64,000 nt of DNA from an uncultured Clostridia bacterium (GCA_963556905.1 CAUWAY010000005.1:279-64278); one strand, 5' to 3'. Positions 1 to 12,601 are shown, counted from the first letter of the stretch. Program-made: numbers and translations. The notes: generated from the sequence alone by a model not told the origin.

Positions 1-1
1 T

Positions 2-3000
2 AAAATAACAGGAAAAGTAACAGGACAAGAAATATACAAAACTAATATATGTGTTGCAAATGGAGAAATAGAAGATATAACATGTGAATGCTTAGATTAT
101 AAAGGGAGATATGCTGCATGTAAACATATAGTATCAACAATGATGGAATTTTCAGAAAACAACAAATATGAAGAAATTCTAAAAGAACAAGGAAAAATAG
201 AGGTAAATAAAAACATAAGAACAGACCTAAAATACAGAACCTTTAATCAAATAATAAACGAACTATATGAAGAAGAAATGCAAGAAGCGGAAGAAACTCA
301 AATAGAAAAAGATTCAGAAAATAAAATAAAAATTGAGCCAAAACTAATATTTGATAAATATTACAATAACTTAAGGCTAGAATTCAAAATAGGAAACCAA
401 AGAATGTACAAAATAAAAAATCTAACTGAATTTTATGAAAGAATGATAAATAAAGAAAAATATAAATATGGAAATAAACTAGAATTCAAACATACTAAAG
501 AATCATTTGAAGAAGAAGACAGACAATTATTAGAATTCATATTAAAACATGCAGAAATGATAAAATTTGTAAACTCTAGTGCAAACTCAAGCTATAGATA
601 TTATTCTAAAGTTTTAAGTGAAGAATATATAGTACTAAACAGTAGTGAATTAGATGAAATATTTGAAATATTAAAAGAAAAAGAAATATTATTTCAAAAA
701 GAAAGTGAAGAAATAAAAGTAAAACTTAAAGAACAAGACCCAGATCTACACTTTGTAATAAAAAAATCAAAAGGAGAAGAATACAAAATTGTAACAAACA
801 AAAATAATGGAATAGTAAGAAATATAGAAATATTTAATGGAAAATTATCAAAATATATATTACAAGAAGATTATATTTATAAATGTAGCGAGAAATATGA
901 AAAGTCAGTACTAAGACTAATACAAATATTTAAACAAAACTATATAACAGAGATAACATTTGGAAAAGAACAATTACCAGAATTATTTTCAATAATATTA
1001 CCAAAAATGAAAGATAACATAGAATTTAAAGGAATAAAAGAAGAAGAATTAGAACAATATAAACCAAAAAAATTAGGAATAAAAATCTTTTTAGATAATG
1101 ATGAAAATGACTATATAATAGCAGATGTTAAATTTTGTTATGGTGAAGAAGAATTTAACCCATTAGAACAAAAAATAAATATTAAATATCCAAGAGATAT
1201 AATAGCAGAAAACAAAGCAATAAACATTTTTAGAAAAACAGGTTTTATGTATTATGCCCAAAAACAATGTTTCATATTACCAGATGAAGAAAAAATTTAT
1301 AACTTTTTATCAACAGAAATAAATACATATATGCAAAAATTTGAAGTAATGGCAACAGACAACTTTAAAACAAAACAAGTAAAACAACCTAAAATAGGAA
1401 AATTAGGAGTAAAAATAGAAAATAATTTATTAACAATAAATCTAGACAAGCTAAATATCGACATAAAAGAACTAGAAGAAATAATGGAAAAATATAATCT
1501 AAAGAAAAAATATCATAAATTAAAAGATGGAAGCTTTGTGAATTTAGAAGAAAATCAAGATATAGAATTTATAGATAAACTAATTTCAGGAACAAATATA
1601 ACATATAAAGAATTAGACAAAGGAAACGTAAAACTACCAATAAACAGAAGCTTATACTTAAACCAGTTATTAAAAACAATTCCTGATACACAAGTAGACA
1701 AAAATTTGGAATATAAAAAAATTGTAAATAGACTAGATAAAGAAGATAATGAAGATGATATTCAAATTCCACAAAGTATTGAAAAAGTGTTAAGGTATTA
1801 CCAAAAAACAGGATATAAATGGCTTAAAGTAATAGATAATTATAAATTTGGTGGGATTTTAGCAGATGACATGGGACTTGGAAAAACAATACAAATGTTA
1901 TCAATAATAATAGGCTATATTGAACAAGAAGATGAAAGTAAAAAAAAGGCATCAATAGTAATATGCCCAAGTTCGTTAACACTAAACTGGCAAAATGAAG
2001 CACAAAAATTTACCAATGGATTAAAAACAATAGTAATAAGAGGAACTGCACAAGAACGTGAACAACAAATTAAACAAATTGAAAAATATGATTTAGTAAT
2101 AACATCTTATGATTTATTAAAAAGAGATATAGAAATATATAAAGAAAAAAAATATCAATTTAGATTTTCAATAGCAGATGAAGCACAATATTTAAAAAAT
2201 AGTAATACACAAAATGCAAAAGCAGTAAAAGAAATTTCAGCAGACACTAGATATGCTTTGACAGGTACACCAATAGAAAATTCATTAGCAGAACTATGGT
2301 CAATATTTGATTATATAATGCCAGGATATTTATTTACATATAAAAAATTTAAAACAGAATATGAAACACCAATTATAAAAGAAAATGACCAAAGAGTTAT
2401 GAAAAAATTAAAAATGTTAATAGAACCATTTGTGCTAAGAAGAACAAAAAAACAAGTACTAACAGAGTTACCTGAAAAAACATTAACAATATTAAATAAT
2501 CAGATGAAAGAAGAACAAGAAAAAATATATATAAATTATCTAGCGCAAGCAAAACAAGAGGTAGCAGAAACAATAAACTTAAATGGAATTGAAAAAAGTC
2601 ATATTCAAGTATTAGCAGCACTTACAAGACTAAGACAAATTTGTTGTCATCCAAGTTTATTTATTAAAGACTACCAAGAAGGAAGTAGTAAATTAGAGCA
2701 ATGTGTAGAAATTATAAAAGATGCAACAGAAGCGGGACATAAAATTTTACTATTTTCAGGATATACATCAATGTTTGAAATTATTGAAAAAGAATTAAAA
2801 GAAAAAGAAATAACATATTTTAAACTAACAGGGGCAACAAAAGTTGATGAAAGAATTAAAATGGTAGATGAATTTAATGAAAATAAAGAAATAAAAGTAT
2901 TTCTAATTTCACTTAAAGCAGGAGGAACAGGACTAAACTTAACAGGGGCAGATGTTGTAATACATTATGATCCGTGGTGGAATGCATCAGCTGAAAATCA

Positions 3001-3196
3001 AGCAACAGACAGAGCTTATAGAATAGGGCAAAAAAACAATGTTCAAGTATATAAATTAATAACTAAAAACTCAATAGAAGAAAAAATTTATGAATTGCAA
3101 CAAAAGAAATCTCAGCTTATAGATGATATGCTTAATACAAAAACATCATTTATAAGTAAACTTTCAAAAGATGATATAATGAAACTATTTGAATAA
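2..3196 (+). CDS. SWIM zinc-finger / SNF2-family DNA helicase (YwqA-like), 5' end outside window
   Basis: The frame is open from the window edge. Residues before the ORF-track Met140 read [17 protein letters not shown], a SWIM CxCxnCxH finger, so Met140 is internal. Helicase motifs are present: [10 protein letters not shown] (I), DEAQ (II), LTGTPIEN (III), [11 protein letters not shown] (VI). Confidence 0.9.
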   Translation, partial: KITGKVTGQEIYKTNICVANGEIEDITCECLDYKGRYAACKHIVSTMMEFSENNKYEEILKEQGKIEVNKNIRTDLKYRTFNQIINELYEEEMQEAEETQIEKDSENKIKIEPKLIFDKYYNNLRLEFKIGNQRMYKIKNLTEFYERMINKEKYKYGNKLEFKHTKESFEEEDRQLLEFILKHAEMIKFVNSSANSSYRYYSKVLSEEYIVLNSSELDEIFEILKEKEILFQKESEEIKVKLKEQDPDLHFVIKKSKGEEYKIVTNKNNGIVRNIEIFNGKLSKYILQEDYIYKCSEKYEKSVLRLIQIFKQNYITEITFGKEQLPELFSIILPKMKDNIEFKGIKEEELEQYKPKKLGIKIFLDNDENDYIIADVKFCYGEEEFNPLEQKINIKYPRDIIAENKAINIFRKTGFMYYAQKQCFILPDEEKIYNFLSTEINTYMQKFEVMATDNFKTKQVKQPKIGKLGVKIENNLLTINLDKLNIDIKELEEIMEKYNLKKKYHKLKDGSFVNLEENQDIEFIDKLISGTNITYKELDKGNVKLPINRSLYLNQLLKTIPDTQVDKNLEYKKIVNRLDKEDNEDDIQIPQSIEKVLRYYQKTGYKWLKVIDNYKFGGILADDMGLGKTIQMLSIIIGYIEQEDESKKKASIVICPSSLTLNWQNEAQKFTNGLKTIVIRGTAQEREQQIKQIEKYDLVITSYDLLKRDIEIYKEKKYQFRFSIADEAQYLKNSNTQNAKAVKEISADTRYALTGTPIENSLAELWSIFDYIMPGYLFTYKKFKTEYETPIIKENDQRVMKKLKMLIEPFVLRRTKKQVLTELPEKTLTILNNQMKEEQEKIYINYLAQAKQEVAETINLNGIEKSHIQVLAALTRLRQICCHPSLFIKDYQEGSSKLEQCVEIIKDATEAGHKILLFSGYTSMFEIIEKELKEKEITYFKLTGATKVDERIKMVDEFNENKEIKVFLISLKAGGTGLNLTGADVVIHYDPWWNASAENQATDRAYRIGQKNNVQVYKLITKNSIEEKIYELQQKKSQLIDDMLNTKTSFISKLSKDDIMKLFE

Positions 3197-3233
3197 AAAA
3201 TTAATATATAAATTATATAAGGAATGTGAAAAA

Positions 3234-4598
3234 ATGAAAGAATATATAACAGTAATAGGCGGAGGACTTGCAGGAAGTGAAGCTGCATATCAAATAGCCA
3301 AAAGAGGAATAAAGGTAAAATTATTTGAAATGAAACCCAGAAAATTTACAGAAGCACATAATAATCCAAATTTAGCAGAAATAGTCTGTAGTAATTCACT
3401 TAAATCAAATTTACATACAAATGCATGTGGGCTACTAAAAGAAGAATTAAGATATTTAGACTCATTATTAATAAAAATAGCAGATAAAACGCAAGTGCCA
3501 GCAGGTCAAGCACTAGCTGTAGACAGAGAATTGTTTGCAAAAGAAGTTACAAAAGAAATTGAAAAAAATCCATATATAGAAGTAATTCATGAAGAAATAA
3601 CAAATATATCTCAAATGAGTAAAGAGGGAATCGTAATAATAGCAACAGGTCCATTAACAACAGAAAAAATGGCAAAAGAAATAGCTAAAATAACAGGAGA
3701 AGACAAACTATATTTTTATGATGCAGCAGCGCCAATAATAACTAAAGAAAGTATAAATTTTAATATTGCATTTTATGGAAATAGATATGACCAAGAAAAA
3801 GCAAAAGAAGAAAGTATAGAAATGTGGAAAGAAAGAATAAAAACACAAAATGCAAGTTATATAAATCTTCCAATGAATAAAGAAGAATATGAAAAATTTG
3901 TACAGGAACTAATAAGTGCAGAAGTAGTAACACTACATGACTTTGAAAAAAGAGAAATATTTGAAGGGTGTATGCCTATTGAAATAATGGCGAAAAGAGG
4001 AATAGATACATTAAGATTTGGACCATTAAAACCAGTAGGATTTGACGATCCAAGAACTGGTAAGAGACCATATGCAATAGTACAATTAAGACAAGATGAC
4101 AAAAATGGTATAATATATAATATTGTTGGATTTCAAACAAATTTAAAATATGGAGAGCAAAAAAGAGTATTTAGCATGATACCAGGACTAGAAAATGCCG
4201 AATTTGTAAAATATGGAGTAATGCATAGAAATACATATATAAATTCTACAAAATTATTAGACAATACATACAACTTAAAAAATAACCCTAATATATTTTT
4301 TGCAGGACAAATAACTGGAGTTGAAGGATATGTAGAATCGATTTCATCAGGAATGATATCAGCATTAAATGCAATTACAAAATACAATTTACAAGAAAAA
4401 ATAGAATTTTCAGAACAAACAATGATAGGAGCATTATCAAAATACATATCGACACCAAATGACAAATTCCAGCCAATGAATGCGAATTTTGGAATTTTGC
4501 CAGAACTTGATGAAAAAATAAAAGACAAAAAGATAAAATACGAAAAACTAGCAAATAGAGCAATAGAAAAATTAAAACAAACAAAAATCTTGCAATAA
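3234..4598 (+). CDS. trmFO: Methylenetetrahydrofolate-tRNA-(uracil54-C5)-methyltransferase TrmFO
   Basis: N-terminal [17 protein letters not shown]-binding motif and CSNSLKS motif; about 455 aa, typical of TrmFO/Gid. ATG 3234 follows AAGGA. The ORF-track TTG 3189 overlaps the upstream gene and is unlikely to be the start. Confidence 0.92.
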   Translation: MKEYITVIGGGLAGSEAAYQIAKRGIKVKLFEMKPRKFTEAHNNPNLAEIVCSNSLKSNLHTNACGLLKEELRYLDSLLIKIADKTQVPAGQALAVDRELFAKEVTKEIEKNPYIEVIHEEITNISQMSKEGIVIIATGPLTTEKMAKEIAKITGEDKLYFYDAAAPIITKESINFNIAFYGNRYDQEKAKEESIEMWKERIKTQNASYINLPMNKEEYEKFVQELISAEVVTLHDFEKREIFEGCMPIEIMAKRGIDTLRFGPLKPVGFDDPRTGKRPYAIVQLRQDDKNGIIYNIVGFQTNLKYGEQKRVFSMIPGLENAEFVKYGVMHRNTYINSTKLLDNTYNLKNNPNIFFAGQITGVEGYVESISSGMISALNAITKYNLQEKIEFSEQTMIGALSKYISTPNDKFQPMNANFGILPELDEKIKDKKIKYEKLANRAIEKLKQTKILQ

Positions 4599-4651
4599 AA
4601 ACATATAAAAAATCTCTCTGACAAAAAAATAAAAAAATCGACGGCAAACCC

Positions 4652-4680
4652 TTGCATAAAAAAGAACCTTGTGATATGAT
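4652..4680 (+). promoter_or_regulatory. Sigma-A-type promoter for ORF 4753
   Basis: TTGCAT-N17-TATGAT with upstream TG (TGtGATATGAT). Confidence 0.6.
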
Positions 4681-4716
4681 GATGTTATCGCAGTATATAA
4701 AACAAAAGAAAGGAGT

Positions 4717-4743
4717 TTATTAAGTAAGCAAACTACTTGATAA
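4717..4743 (+). promoter_or_regulatory. Hairpin inserted between SD (AAAGGAG 4709-4715) and the ATG 4753
   Basis: ttattaagta(a)g-caaa-ctacttgataa: about 11 bp, one G-U pair and one bulge. 1 nt separates SD from stem, and 9 nt separate stem from ATG. Confidence 0.55.
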
Positions 4744-4752
4744 GACTAGGAA

Positions 4753-6300
4753 ATGAATAGTTTAGAGAGAATAGAAGAAAATTTAAGAAATTACATAAAA
4801 AACAAAAAAGATAAACAAGAACAGATAAAGAAAATAGAAAATCAAAGAATAGATTTATCATGTAAAAGAAATGAAAAAAAAGCAGAAAACAAAATTAACA
4901 ATAATGCAAATACTTGGGAAGAAATAAATCTTTTAGGAAGACAAATATCAGAACTAGGAAATCAAAGTCAAGAAATACAAAATCAAATAGACACAAAACT
5001 TGTTGAAATCAAAGCACAAGCATATATAGAAATAGACAACTTAATAGTAGAAGAATTAAGAAAAATGCATATAATAGATGAAGAAATACAAGAGATGTCT
5101 GAAACTAATTCAAAACTAGAAGAAAAAAGCCTAAAATATGAACTAGAAAAACAAGAATTTTTTACAAGATTTGGAAGAATGCCAGAGCTATCTCAAAAAG
5201 CTATTCAAGAGAGCAAAAAACAACAAGAGATACATGATTCAAATATTAAAGAAATCAAAAAATTAAATAGTGTGAAACAACAAACAGAGCAAGAAATACA
5301 AAATTTATCAAAAACAAAAAGAAAAATAAAGCATGGAGAAATTTATGAATTTTTAGAAGACAAACAACAAAGCACAATTCAAACTATAACAAACCATGAA
5401 GAAATAGAAGATATATCAATAGAAATAGAAAATGAACCTATAGTAGAAGAAAAAATTCTCTTAGAAGTTGAACCAATAGAAGAAATTAAAGTAGAAGAAT
5501 TCGAACCAATACAAGAAATACAAGTGGAAGAGCTTGAACCAATACAAGAAATACAAGTAGAGGAACTTGGACCAATACAAGAAATGCAAATAGAAGAATT
5601 TAAACAAGAAGAAATGTCAGAAGATTCAGAAGAAGATTTAATAAGAGAAATAGAAAAACAATTAATAGAAGAACAAGACATAATAACATTTGAAGAAAAT
5701 AAAAAAAATATAGATATAATAGAAGAAATAAATAAAAATCTACCATTAGCAATACAAGACATAGTAATAAAGATAGAAAACAAAGAACTAGTTTATAAAG
5801 CACAAATAAGTAATGGAGAAGAAATAATAGTATACCCATGCAAAGAAAGTAAAATAATAGACGACAAAAAAACAAAAAAAGAATTAAAAGAAAAATTAGC
5901 AGAATATTCAAAAATAGAATATAAACAATTTGACAAAAATGCAATAAGAAAAATAGATCCTATAATATGTACAATGTTATCTAATTTTGCAGAAAAATAC
6001 AATCAAAGTGCAAACAATTTAATATATAATTATGTAATGTCATTTTCAAATAATGGAGAATGTGACTATGATTTACTACCAAAGATAACATATAATCTAT
6101 CATATATAAAAGAAGCAAACATAAGCAAAAAAGAACAAAAAAAATTAGAAAAAATATGTGCAAATGCAAACAAAAATGATCAAATAAATACAATAGGGCT
6201 TTTAAGCAAAACAGACAAAATTAAATATTTTATAAGAAAAACATTTAATATAACAAAAGCAAAATTACTAACAGAAGGAAAAATACAAAATTTTAATTAA
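4753..6300 (+). CDS. Hypothetical K/E/Q-rich coiled-coil protein with 11-aa acidic tandem repeats
   Basis: 515-aa ORF with coding-strand A-richness like its neighbours and its own TTGCAT-N17-TATGAT promoter. No recognisable catalytic motif. Confidence 0.7.
   Translation: MNSLERIEENLRNYIKNKKDKQEQIKKIENQRIDLSCKRNEKKAENKINNNANTWEEINLLGRQISELGNQSQEIQNQIDTKLVEIKAQAYIEIDNLIVEELRKMHIIDEEIQEMSETNSKLEEKSLKYELEKQEFFTRFGRMPELSQKAIQESKKQQEIHDSNIKEIKKLNSVKQQTEQEIQNLSKTKRKIKHGEIYEFLEDKQQSTIQTITNHEEIEDISIEIENEPIVEEKILLEVEPIEEIKVEEFEPIQEIQVEELEPIQEIQVEELGPIQEMQIEEFKQEEMSEDSEEDLIREIEKQLIEEQDIITFEENKKNIDIIEEINKNLPLAIQDIVIKIENKELVYKAQISNGEEIIVYPCKESKIIDDKKTKKELKEKLAEYSKIEYKQFDKNAIRKIDPIICTMLSNFAEKYNQSANNLIYNYVMSFSNNGECDYDLLPKITYNLSYIKEANISKKEQKKLEKICANANKNDQINTIGLLSKTDKIKYFIRKTFNITKAKLLTEGKIQNFN
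5470..5601 (+). repeat. Four in-frame 33-bp tandem repeats (11-aa unit EPIQEIQVEEL) inside ORF 4753-6300
   Basis: The unit gaaccaatacaagaaatacaagtRgaRgaRctt occurs at 5470, 5503, 5536 and 5569 with a few substitutions. A degenerate fifth copy lies at 5434-5469. Confidence 0.9.
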
Positions 6301-6305
6301 AAGCA

Positions 6306-6334
6306 TTGACATAATAAGGAAAAGATGATAAAAT
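6306..6334 (+). promoter_or_regulatory. Sigma-A-type promoter of the rpsL-rpsG-fusA operon
   Basis: TTGACA-N17-TAAAAT with extended TGa. Confidence 0.7.
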
Positions 6335-6433
6335 AAAGACCGCGATGAAGTGCAATATAAAATGCAATTCAAAGAGGTCTTTAAATTGTAATTACGCAAT
6401 TTAAACAAAAATAAGAAAAGAGGTGAAATTTAA

Positions 6434-6847
6434 GTGCCAACAATTAATCAATTAGTAAGAAAAGGAAGAAAAATAACAACGGCAAAATCAACAGCACCAG
6501 CATTACAACATGGATGGAACTCAAAAAATAAAACATTAACAAATAGTAGAGCTCCACAAAAAAGAGGAGTATGTACAGTAGTAAAAACTGTAACACCTAA
6601 AAAACCAAACTCAGCATTAAGAAAAGTTGCCAGAGTTAGACTTTCAAATGGTTATGAAGTAACATCATATATTCCAGGAATAGGACATAACCTACAAGAA
6701 CACAGTGTAGTTCTAATCAGAGGAGGAAGAGTAAAAGACCTTCCAGGTGTTAGATACCATATTATAAGAGGAACATTAGACACAGCAGGAGTAAAAGACA
6801 GAATGCAAGCTCGTTCAAAATATGGAGCAAAACGTCCAAAAAAATAA
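6434..6847 (+). CDS. rpsL: 30S ribosomal protein S12
   Basis: [13 protein letters not shown]... and [16 protein letters not shown] are canonical S12. GTG start 7 nt after AAGAGGTGA. Confidence 0.97.
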   Translation: MPTINQLVRKGRKITTAKSTAPALQHGWNSKNKTLTNSRAPQKRGVCTVVKTVTPKKPNSALRKVARVRLSNGYEVTSYIPGIGHNLQEHSVVLIRGGRVKDLPGVRYHIIRGTLDTAGVKDRMQARSKYGAKRPKK

Positions 6848-7079
6848 GCCGAATATTCTATAAAATTGAATAAAAGCAAATACAACAAAAAATAAGTTGT
6901 ATAAATAAAAAGATTAGTGCACACAATTTACTAAATTAAGGTACTTAAATTTAGAATAGATTATGTAGCACTATGCGGGAAAGCAAAAGCTTTTCAGAGT
7001 AACTTAAGATATCTATATAGGTATCACGAATATAATAAGGAAGCATAAAAAATGTAACCTTAATAGAGAAAAGGAGTGA

Positions 7080-7556
<477 letters not shown>

Positions 7557-7661
7557 TAAAACAAGAGTAATCACTAATTCGTAAAGAAAAAAGTTTTATC
7601 TGAATTAGGAGAAAAGGGGAAATTTATTTCCTCAGACAGATAAGGGAGGGAAATATAAAAT

Positions 7662-9743
7662 ATGGCAGGAAGAGCATACCCACTAGAAAGAACAAGAAAT
7701 ATAGGAATAATGGCACATATAGATGCAGGAAAAACAACAACAACAGAAAGAATATTATTCTATACAGGAAAAGTTCACAAAATAGGAGAAACACATGAAG
7801 GTGCAGCTACAATGGACTGGATGGCTCAAGAACAAGAAAGAGGTATAACAATAACATCTGCTGCTACAACATGTTTCTGGAATAATAACAGAATAAACAT
7901 AATAGATACGCCAGGACACGTAGACTTTACAGTAGAAGTACAAAGATCTTTAAGAGTACTTGATGGAGCAGTAACAGTATTAGCCGCAAAAGGTGGAGTT
8001 CAACCACAAACAGAAACTGTTTGGAGACAAGCAGATAAATATCAAGTACCAAGAATGGTATATGTAAATAAAATGGATATAGTTGGAGCAAACTTCATGT
8101 TATGTGTTGACCAACTAAAAAACAGATTAAAAGCAAATGCCATCCCAATTCAATTACCAATTGGAGCAGAAGACAATTTCAAAGGAATTGTAGATTTAAT
8201 AAAAATGAAAGCATTTATTCACAAAGATGATTTAGGAAGAGATGTTGAAGAAATTGAAATTCCAGAAGAAATGATGGAACAAGCAAAAGAATTCAGAACA
8301 TCAATGATAGAAGCAGTTTGTGAACAAGATGAAGAATTAATGATGAAATACTTAGAAGGTGAAGAACTTTCTGAAGAAGAAATCAAAAAAGGACTACGTA
8401 TAGGAACAATAGCAAATAAAATAGTTCCTGTAACATGTGGTTCTTCATACAAAAACAAAGGTGTACAAGAATTATTAGATGCAATAGTTGATTATATGCC
8501 ATCACCACTAGATATACCACATATCAAAGGAACAACATTAGATGGAGAAGAAACAGAAGCAAAAACATCTGATTCAGAGCCATTTGCAGCATTGGCATTT
8601 AAAATTGCAACAGACCCATTTGTTGGAAAACTATGTTTCTTTAGAGTATATTCTGGAGTATTAGAAACAGGTTCAACTGTATTAAACTCAAGTAAAGACA
8701 AAAAAGAAAGAATAGGAAGAATCCTACAAATGCATTCAAACCATAGAGAAGATATTGAAAAAGTATATGCTGGAGACATTGCAGCAGCAGTAGGATTAAA
8801 AGATGTTACAACTGGAAATACTTTATGTGATCCAGAACATCCAGTAATATTAGAATCAATGGAATTCCCAGAACCAGTTATTGATATAGCAATAGAACCA
8901 AAAGACAAAGCAGCTCAAGAAAAAATGGGAATAGCATTAACAAAACTAGCAGAAGAAGATCCAACATTTAAAGCATACACAAATCAAGAAACAGGTCAAA
9001 CAATTATTGCAGGAATGGGAGAATTACACTTAGACATAATAGTAGATAGATTAAAAAGAGAATTCAAAGTTGAATGCAATGTAGGTAAACCACAAGTTGC
9101 TTACAAAGAAACAATAAGAAACAAAGTAAAAGTTCAAGGAAAATTCATACGTCAATCAGGAGGAAAAGGACAATATGGTGATGTATGGTTTGAAATGGAA
9201 CCATTAGAAGCTGGAAAAGGAATTGAATTTGAAAGCAAAATAGTTGGAGGAGCAGTTCCAAAAGAATATATTAAGCCAATTGAACAAGGAATGAGAGAAG
9301 CTGCAGAAAGCGGTATATTAGCAGGATATCCAGTAATAGACTTCAAAGTATCATTAGTAGACGGTTCATATCATGAAGTAGACTCTTCAGAGATGGCATT
9401 CAAAATAGCTGCTTCAATGGCATTCAAAGAAGGATGTAAACAAGCAAATTCAGTACTATTAGAGCCAATAATGAAAGTTGAAATAACAGTACCAGAAGAA
9501 TACATGGGAGATGTTATAGGAGATGTAAACTCAAGACGTGGTAGAATGGAAGGAATGGAAGCAAATGACGGAATGCAAGAAATAAAAGCATTTATTCCAT
9601 TATCAGAAATGTTTGGATATGCAACAGACTTACGTTCAAAAACACAAGGAAGAGGAACATACTCAATGGAACCATCACATTATGAAGAAGTTCCAAAATC
9701 AGTTTTAGAAGCAATAGTTAGCTCAAGAGCAAAAAAAGACTAA
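7662..9743 (+). CDS. fusA: Elongation factor G
   Basis: [28 protein letters not shown], 693 aa, located in the str operon. Confidence 0.97.
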   Translation: MAGRAYPLERTRNIGIMAHIDAGKTTTTERILFYTGKVHKIGETHEGAATMDWMAQEQERGITITSAATTCFWNNNRINIIDTPGHVDFTVEVQRSLRVLDGAVTVLAAKGGVQPQTETVWRQADKYQVPRMVYVNKMDIVGANFMLCVDQLKNRLKANAIPIQLPIGAEDNFKGIVDLIKMKAFIHKDDLGRDVEEIEIPEEMMEQAKEFRTSMIEAVCEQDEELMMKYLEGEELSEEEIKKGLRIGTIANKIVPVTCGSSYKNKGVQELLDAIVDYMPSPLDIPHIKGTTLDGEETEAKTSDSEPFAALAFKIATDPFVGKLCFFRVYSGVLETGSTVLNSSKDKKERIGRILQMHSNHREDIEKVYAGDIAAAVGLKDVTTGNTLCDPEHPVILESMEFPEPVIDIAIEPKDKAAQEKMGIALTKLAEEDPTFKAYTNQETGQTIIAGMGELHLDIIVDRLKREFKVECNVGKPQVAYKETIRNKVKVQGKFIRQSGGKGQYGDVWFEMEPLEAGKGIEFESKIVGGAVPKEYIKPIEQGMREAAESGILAGYPVIDFKVSLVDGSYHEVDSSEMAFKIAASMAFKEGCKQANSVLLEPIMKVEITVPEEYMGDVIGDVNSRRGRMEGMEANDGMQEIKAFIPLSEMFGYATDLRSKTQGRGTYSMEPSHYEEVPKSVLEAIVSSRAKKD

Positions 9744-9791
9744 TATTGTTTAAGCAAATAACTAGTAATTAAAGTAATTTTATAAAAACAC

Positions 9792-9820
9792 TTGCATTTT
9801 TTATAGAAATGTTATAAAAT
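9792..9820 (+). promoter_or_regulatory. Sigma-A-type promoter upstream of tuf
   Basis: TTGCAT-N17-TAAAAT, about 100 nt upstream of the tuf start. Confidence 0.6.
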
Positions 9821-9920
9821 GCAATGTAATAAAATGTTATTAAATTTAAAAAATAAAAAGTAGCATGAAGTAATTTTTAAAATTGCTTCATTGCTAACTA
9901 AAAACAAGGAGGAATAAAAA

Positions 9921-11123
9921 ATGGCAAAAGCAAAATTTGAAAGAACAAAGCCACACGTTAACATCGGTACAATCGGACACGTTGACCATGGAAAAACAAC
10001 AACAACAGCTGCTATCACAAAATACCTAGGATTATTAGGTAAAGCTCAATTTACAGCTTATGATAAAATAGACGGAGCTCCAGAAGAAAAAGCAAGAGGA
10101 ATTACAATTAACACAGCTCACGTAGAATATGAAACAGAAAATAGACACTATGCACACGTAGACTGTCCAGGACATGCTGACTATGTAAAAAACATGATTA
10201 CAGGTGCAGCACAAATGGATGGTGCAATACTTGTAGTATCTGCTGCTGATGGTCCAATGCCTCAAACAAGAGAACACATACTATTAGCAAGACAAGTAGG
10301 TGTAAAATATATAGTAGTATACTTAAATAAATGTGATATGGTTGATGACCCAGAACTATTAGAATTAGTAGAAATGGAAGTTAGAGACCTATTAACAGAA
10401 TATGGATTCCCAGGAGATGAAATTCCAGTTATAAAAGGATCTTCATTAAAAGTATTAGAGAGCACATCAACAAATCCAGATGATGAAGTATATGCTCCAA
10501 TGAAAGAATTAATGGCTGCTGTTGATAGCTATATACCAACACCAGAAAGACCAGTAGATCAACCATTCTTAATGCCAGTTGAAGACGTATTCACAATTAC
10601 AGGACGTGGAACAGTTGCAACAGGTAGAGTAGAAAGAGGAATAATAAAAGTTTCTGACGAAGTTGAAATCGTAGGATTATCAGCAGACAGAAAGAAAACA
10701 GTAGTTACTGGTGTAGAAATGTTCAGAAAATTATTAGATCAAGCAGAAGCTGGAGACAATATAGGAACATTATTAAGAGGAGTTGATAGAAAAGATATCG
10801 AAAGAGGTCAAGTACTAGCAAAACCAGGATCAATAAATCCACATACAAAATTCACATCAGAAGTATATGTTCTAACAAAAGAAGAAGGTGGAAGACATAC
10901 TCCATTCTTCAATGGATATAGACCACAATTCTATTTTAGAACAACAGACGTAACAGGTGTTATTGAATTACCTGCTGGAACAGAAATGGTTATGCCAGGA
11001 GATAACGTATCAATGACAATTGAATTAATTACACCAATCGCTATCGAAAAAGGATTAAGATTTGCTATTCGTGAAGGTGGTAGAACAGTTGGTTCAGGAG
11101 TTGTAGCTGATATTATAGCTTAA
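9921..11123 (+). CDS. tuf: Elongation factor Tu
   Basis: [39 protein letters not shown]; 400 aa. Confidence 0.98.
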   Translation: MAKAKFERTKPHVNIGTIGHVDHGKTTTTAAITKYLGLLGKAQFTAYDKIDGAPEEKARGITINTAHVEYETENRHYAHVDCPGHADYVKNMITGAAQMDGAILVVSAADGPMPQTREHILLARQVGVKYIVVYLNKCDMVDDPELLELVEMEVRDLLTEYGFPGDEIPVIKGSSLKVLESTSTNPDDEVYAPMKELMAAVDSYIPTPERPVDQPFLMPVEDVFTITGRGTVATGRVERGIIKVSDEVEIVGLSADRKKTVVTGVEMFRKLLDQAEAGDNIGTLLRGVDRKDIERGQVLAKPGSINPHTKFTSEVYVLTKEEGGRHTPFFNGYRPQFYFRTTDVTGVIELPAGTEMVMPGDNVSMTIELITPIAIEKGLRFAIREGGRTVGSGVVADIIA

Positions 11124-11141
11124 TTTGCATAAATATATATA

Positions 11142-11171
11142 AGAGAAGTCAAGAAATTGGCTTCTTTTTTT
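11142..11171 (+). terminator. Intrinsic terminator after tuf
   Basis: Stem of about 8 bp (gagaagtc / ggcttctt, one G-U pair) followed by a T7 run. Confidence 0.75.
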
Positions 11172-11230
11172 CTATATAAAACATGATAAAAACTATATAT
11201 AATTAATAAAATAGAATAAATTAGTTAAAA

Positions 11231-11259
11231 TTGACAATTTTTTTAAACTATGATACAAT
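11231..11259 (+). promoter_or_regulatory. Sigma-A-type promoter for ORF 11301
   Basis: TTGACA-N17-TACAAT with extended TGa. Confidence 0.7.
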
Positions 11260-11300
11260 TATTATGTAGATAAATAAAAATAAATTTAAGGAGGAAATGT

Positions 11301-12593
11301 ATGAACCATAAAGAGAAAAAATGGGAAAAACAATACAAAGAATATGAAACAACTATAGATACTAAATTATCAGATTTAGAAAATAAAGTAAAAGAAAAAA
11401 GCATTAAAAGAGAAGAATACGGAGAATATCAAAAATTATTAAAAATAAAGAATAATATGTCACAATTAAAAAATTTATCAGAATATATATTAGAAGCTGA
11501 AAAAATTAGAGAAAAAATAGAAGATGAGTTAGTTAATAGAAACAATTCTAAAGACACGACTAAGCCAGAACTTGATAAATTAGACTTAGAAGATGAAAAA
11601 ATTAATTCAAAAATAATGTCAATACAAAAACAATTAAAAGATTCAAAATTATCAGAAGCTCAGAAAACAGTATTAAAAGAAGAATTAAGACAAGAAATTG
11701 AAAACAAAAAAGAAAATAATAATAAATACTCTGCTATATATAATAAAAAAGAAGAAATAAAAGAAGAAACAGAATTTACTAAGATGTCATCAAAAGAATT
11801 AATAGAAGCACATAAAAAAATATGTATGAAAATATCTAAAGCTCATTATTTAGGAAAAAAATTATCAGAAGGTCAAAAATTACAAGATATAAATTTACAA
11901 TATAACAAAGAATTTGATGAATCAAAATTTGCTCATAACTTAAATATAAATAGAATTATTGAAAATAGAAAAAAATTTACTGCAAAGGATAAACAAGCTC
12001 AAAAACTAGAAGGATTAAAAGAGGCAGCAAAAGCAGAAAATATAGAACTTAAATTGGAAAAAAATGACAAAGATACTGAAAAGACAAGTAGAAAATTGAA
12101 TTTGGAAAATGTAAAAAAAGAGATAAATTCAGAAAAAACTGATAAAGAAGACAAAAAACAAGAAGAATCTTTAGTACTTATTAGTGAATTTGATCAAAAA
12201 CATCCTAGAATTGCAAAAATTAAAAACTTCTTTAAAGAAATTAAAGATAAAGTTACAAGGAAATTTAATAAAGAAGAAACTGAAATTGAACAAAAACCTA
12301 AAGCTGAGGAAAAAACTGAAGTCGAGGAAAAACCTAAGGTTGAAGAAAAACAAAAAGAAGACACACAATATGAAAAGTTTAGAAAATCAATTAGCTATAA
12401 AGAATTTGAAAAATACGATGTATCAACTATTGCAGAAAAAGGTTTAGACGCATTACAAGAAGAAAAGATAAACAATGCTAGAGAAACATTAATTGCTGCT
12501 AAAATATCTGGAGGAATGGCAAAAGAATCAGCAGAAAAGAGTGTAGACAATGCGGTAAACAGATTACATAGAGAAGATGGTAATGAAAGATAA
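11301..12593 (+). CDS. Hypothetical highly charged (K/E) coiled-coil protein
   Basis: 430-aa ORF with strong SD (AAGGAGG), its own TTGACA-N17-TGnTACAAT promoter and a downstream intrinsic terminator. No enzymatic motif recognised. Confidence 0.7.
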   Translation: MNHKEKKWEKQYKEYETTIDTKLSDLENKVKEKSIKREEYGEYQKLLKIKNNMSQLKNLSEYILEAEKIREKIEDELVNRNNSKDTTKPELDKLDLEDEKINSKIMSIQKQLKDSKLSEAQKTVLKEELRQEIENKKENNNKYSAIYNKKEEIKEETEFTKMSSKELIEAHKKICMKISKAHYLGKKLSEGQKLQDINLQYNKEFDESKFAHNLNINRIIENRKKFTAKDKQAQKLEGLKEAAKAENIELKLEKNDKDTEKTSRKLNLENVKKEINSEKTDKEDKKQEESLVLISEFDQKHPRIAKIKNFFKEIKDKVTRKFNKEETEIEQKPKAEEKTEVEEKPKVEEKQKEDTQYEKFRKSISYKEFEKYDVSTIAEKGLDALQEEKINNARETLIAAKISGGMAKESAEKSVDNAVNRLHREDGNER

Positions 12594-12601
12594 CAAAATT
12601 G

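Noticed and set aside
140-142. ORF-track start codons for several genes: 140, 3189, 12765, 13945, 18808, 19071, 19909, 20658, 23832, 36996, 46187, 50248 and 61012.
   Set aside because: In each case a downstream in-frame ATG has a properly spaced SD and gives the canonical conserved N-terminus. For position 140, the frame is open further upstream. The longest-ORF starts overlap the SD, the upstream gene or a hairpin.
5470-5601. Regularly spaced 33-bp direct repeats that could be mistaken for a small CRISPR array.
   Set aside because: The repeats are contiguous, with no spacers, and in frame inside a long ORF. They encode an 11-aa peptide repeat, and no cas genes or leader are present.
12184-12447. 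87-aa plus-strand ORF (K/L/N-rich) in an alternative frame of ORF 11301. A similar 69-aa ORF lies at 15321-15530, and 63-67-aa ORFs lie at 44605-44808 and 55676-55867.
   Set aside because: These are frame-shifted readings of A-rich coding sequence that give poly-Lys/Arg/Asn strings. They have no SD and no independent support.
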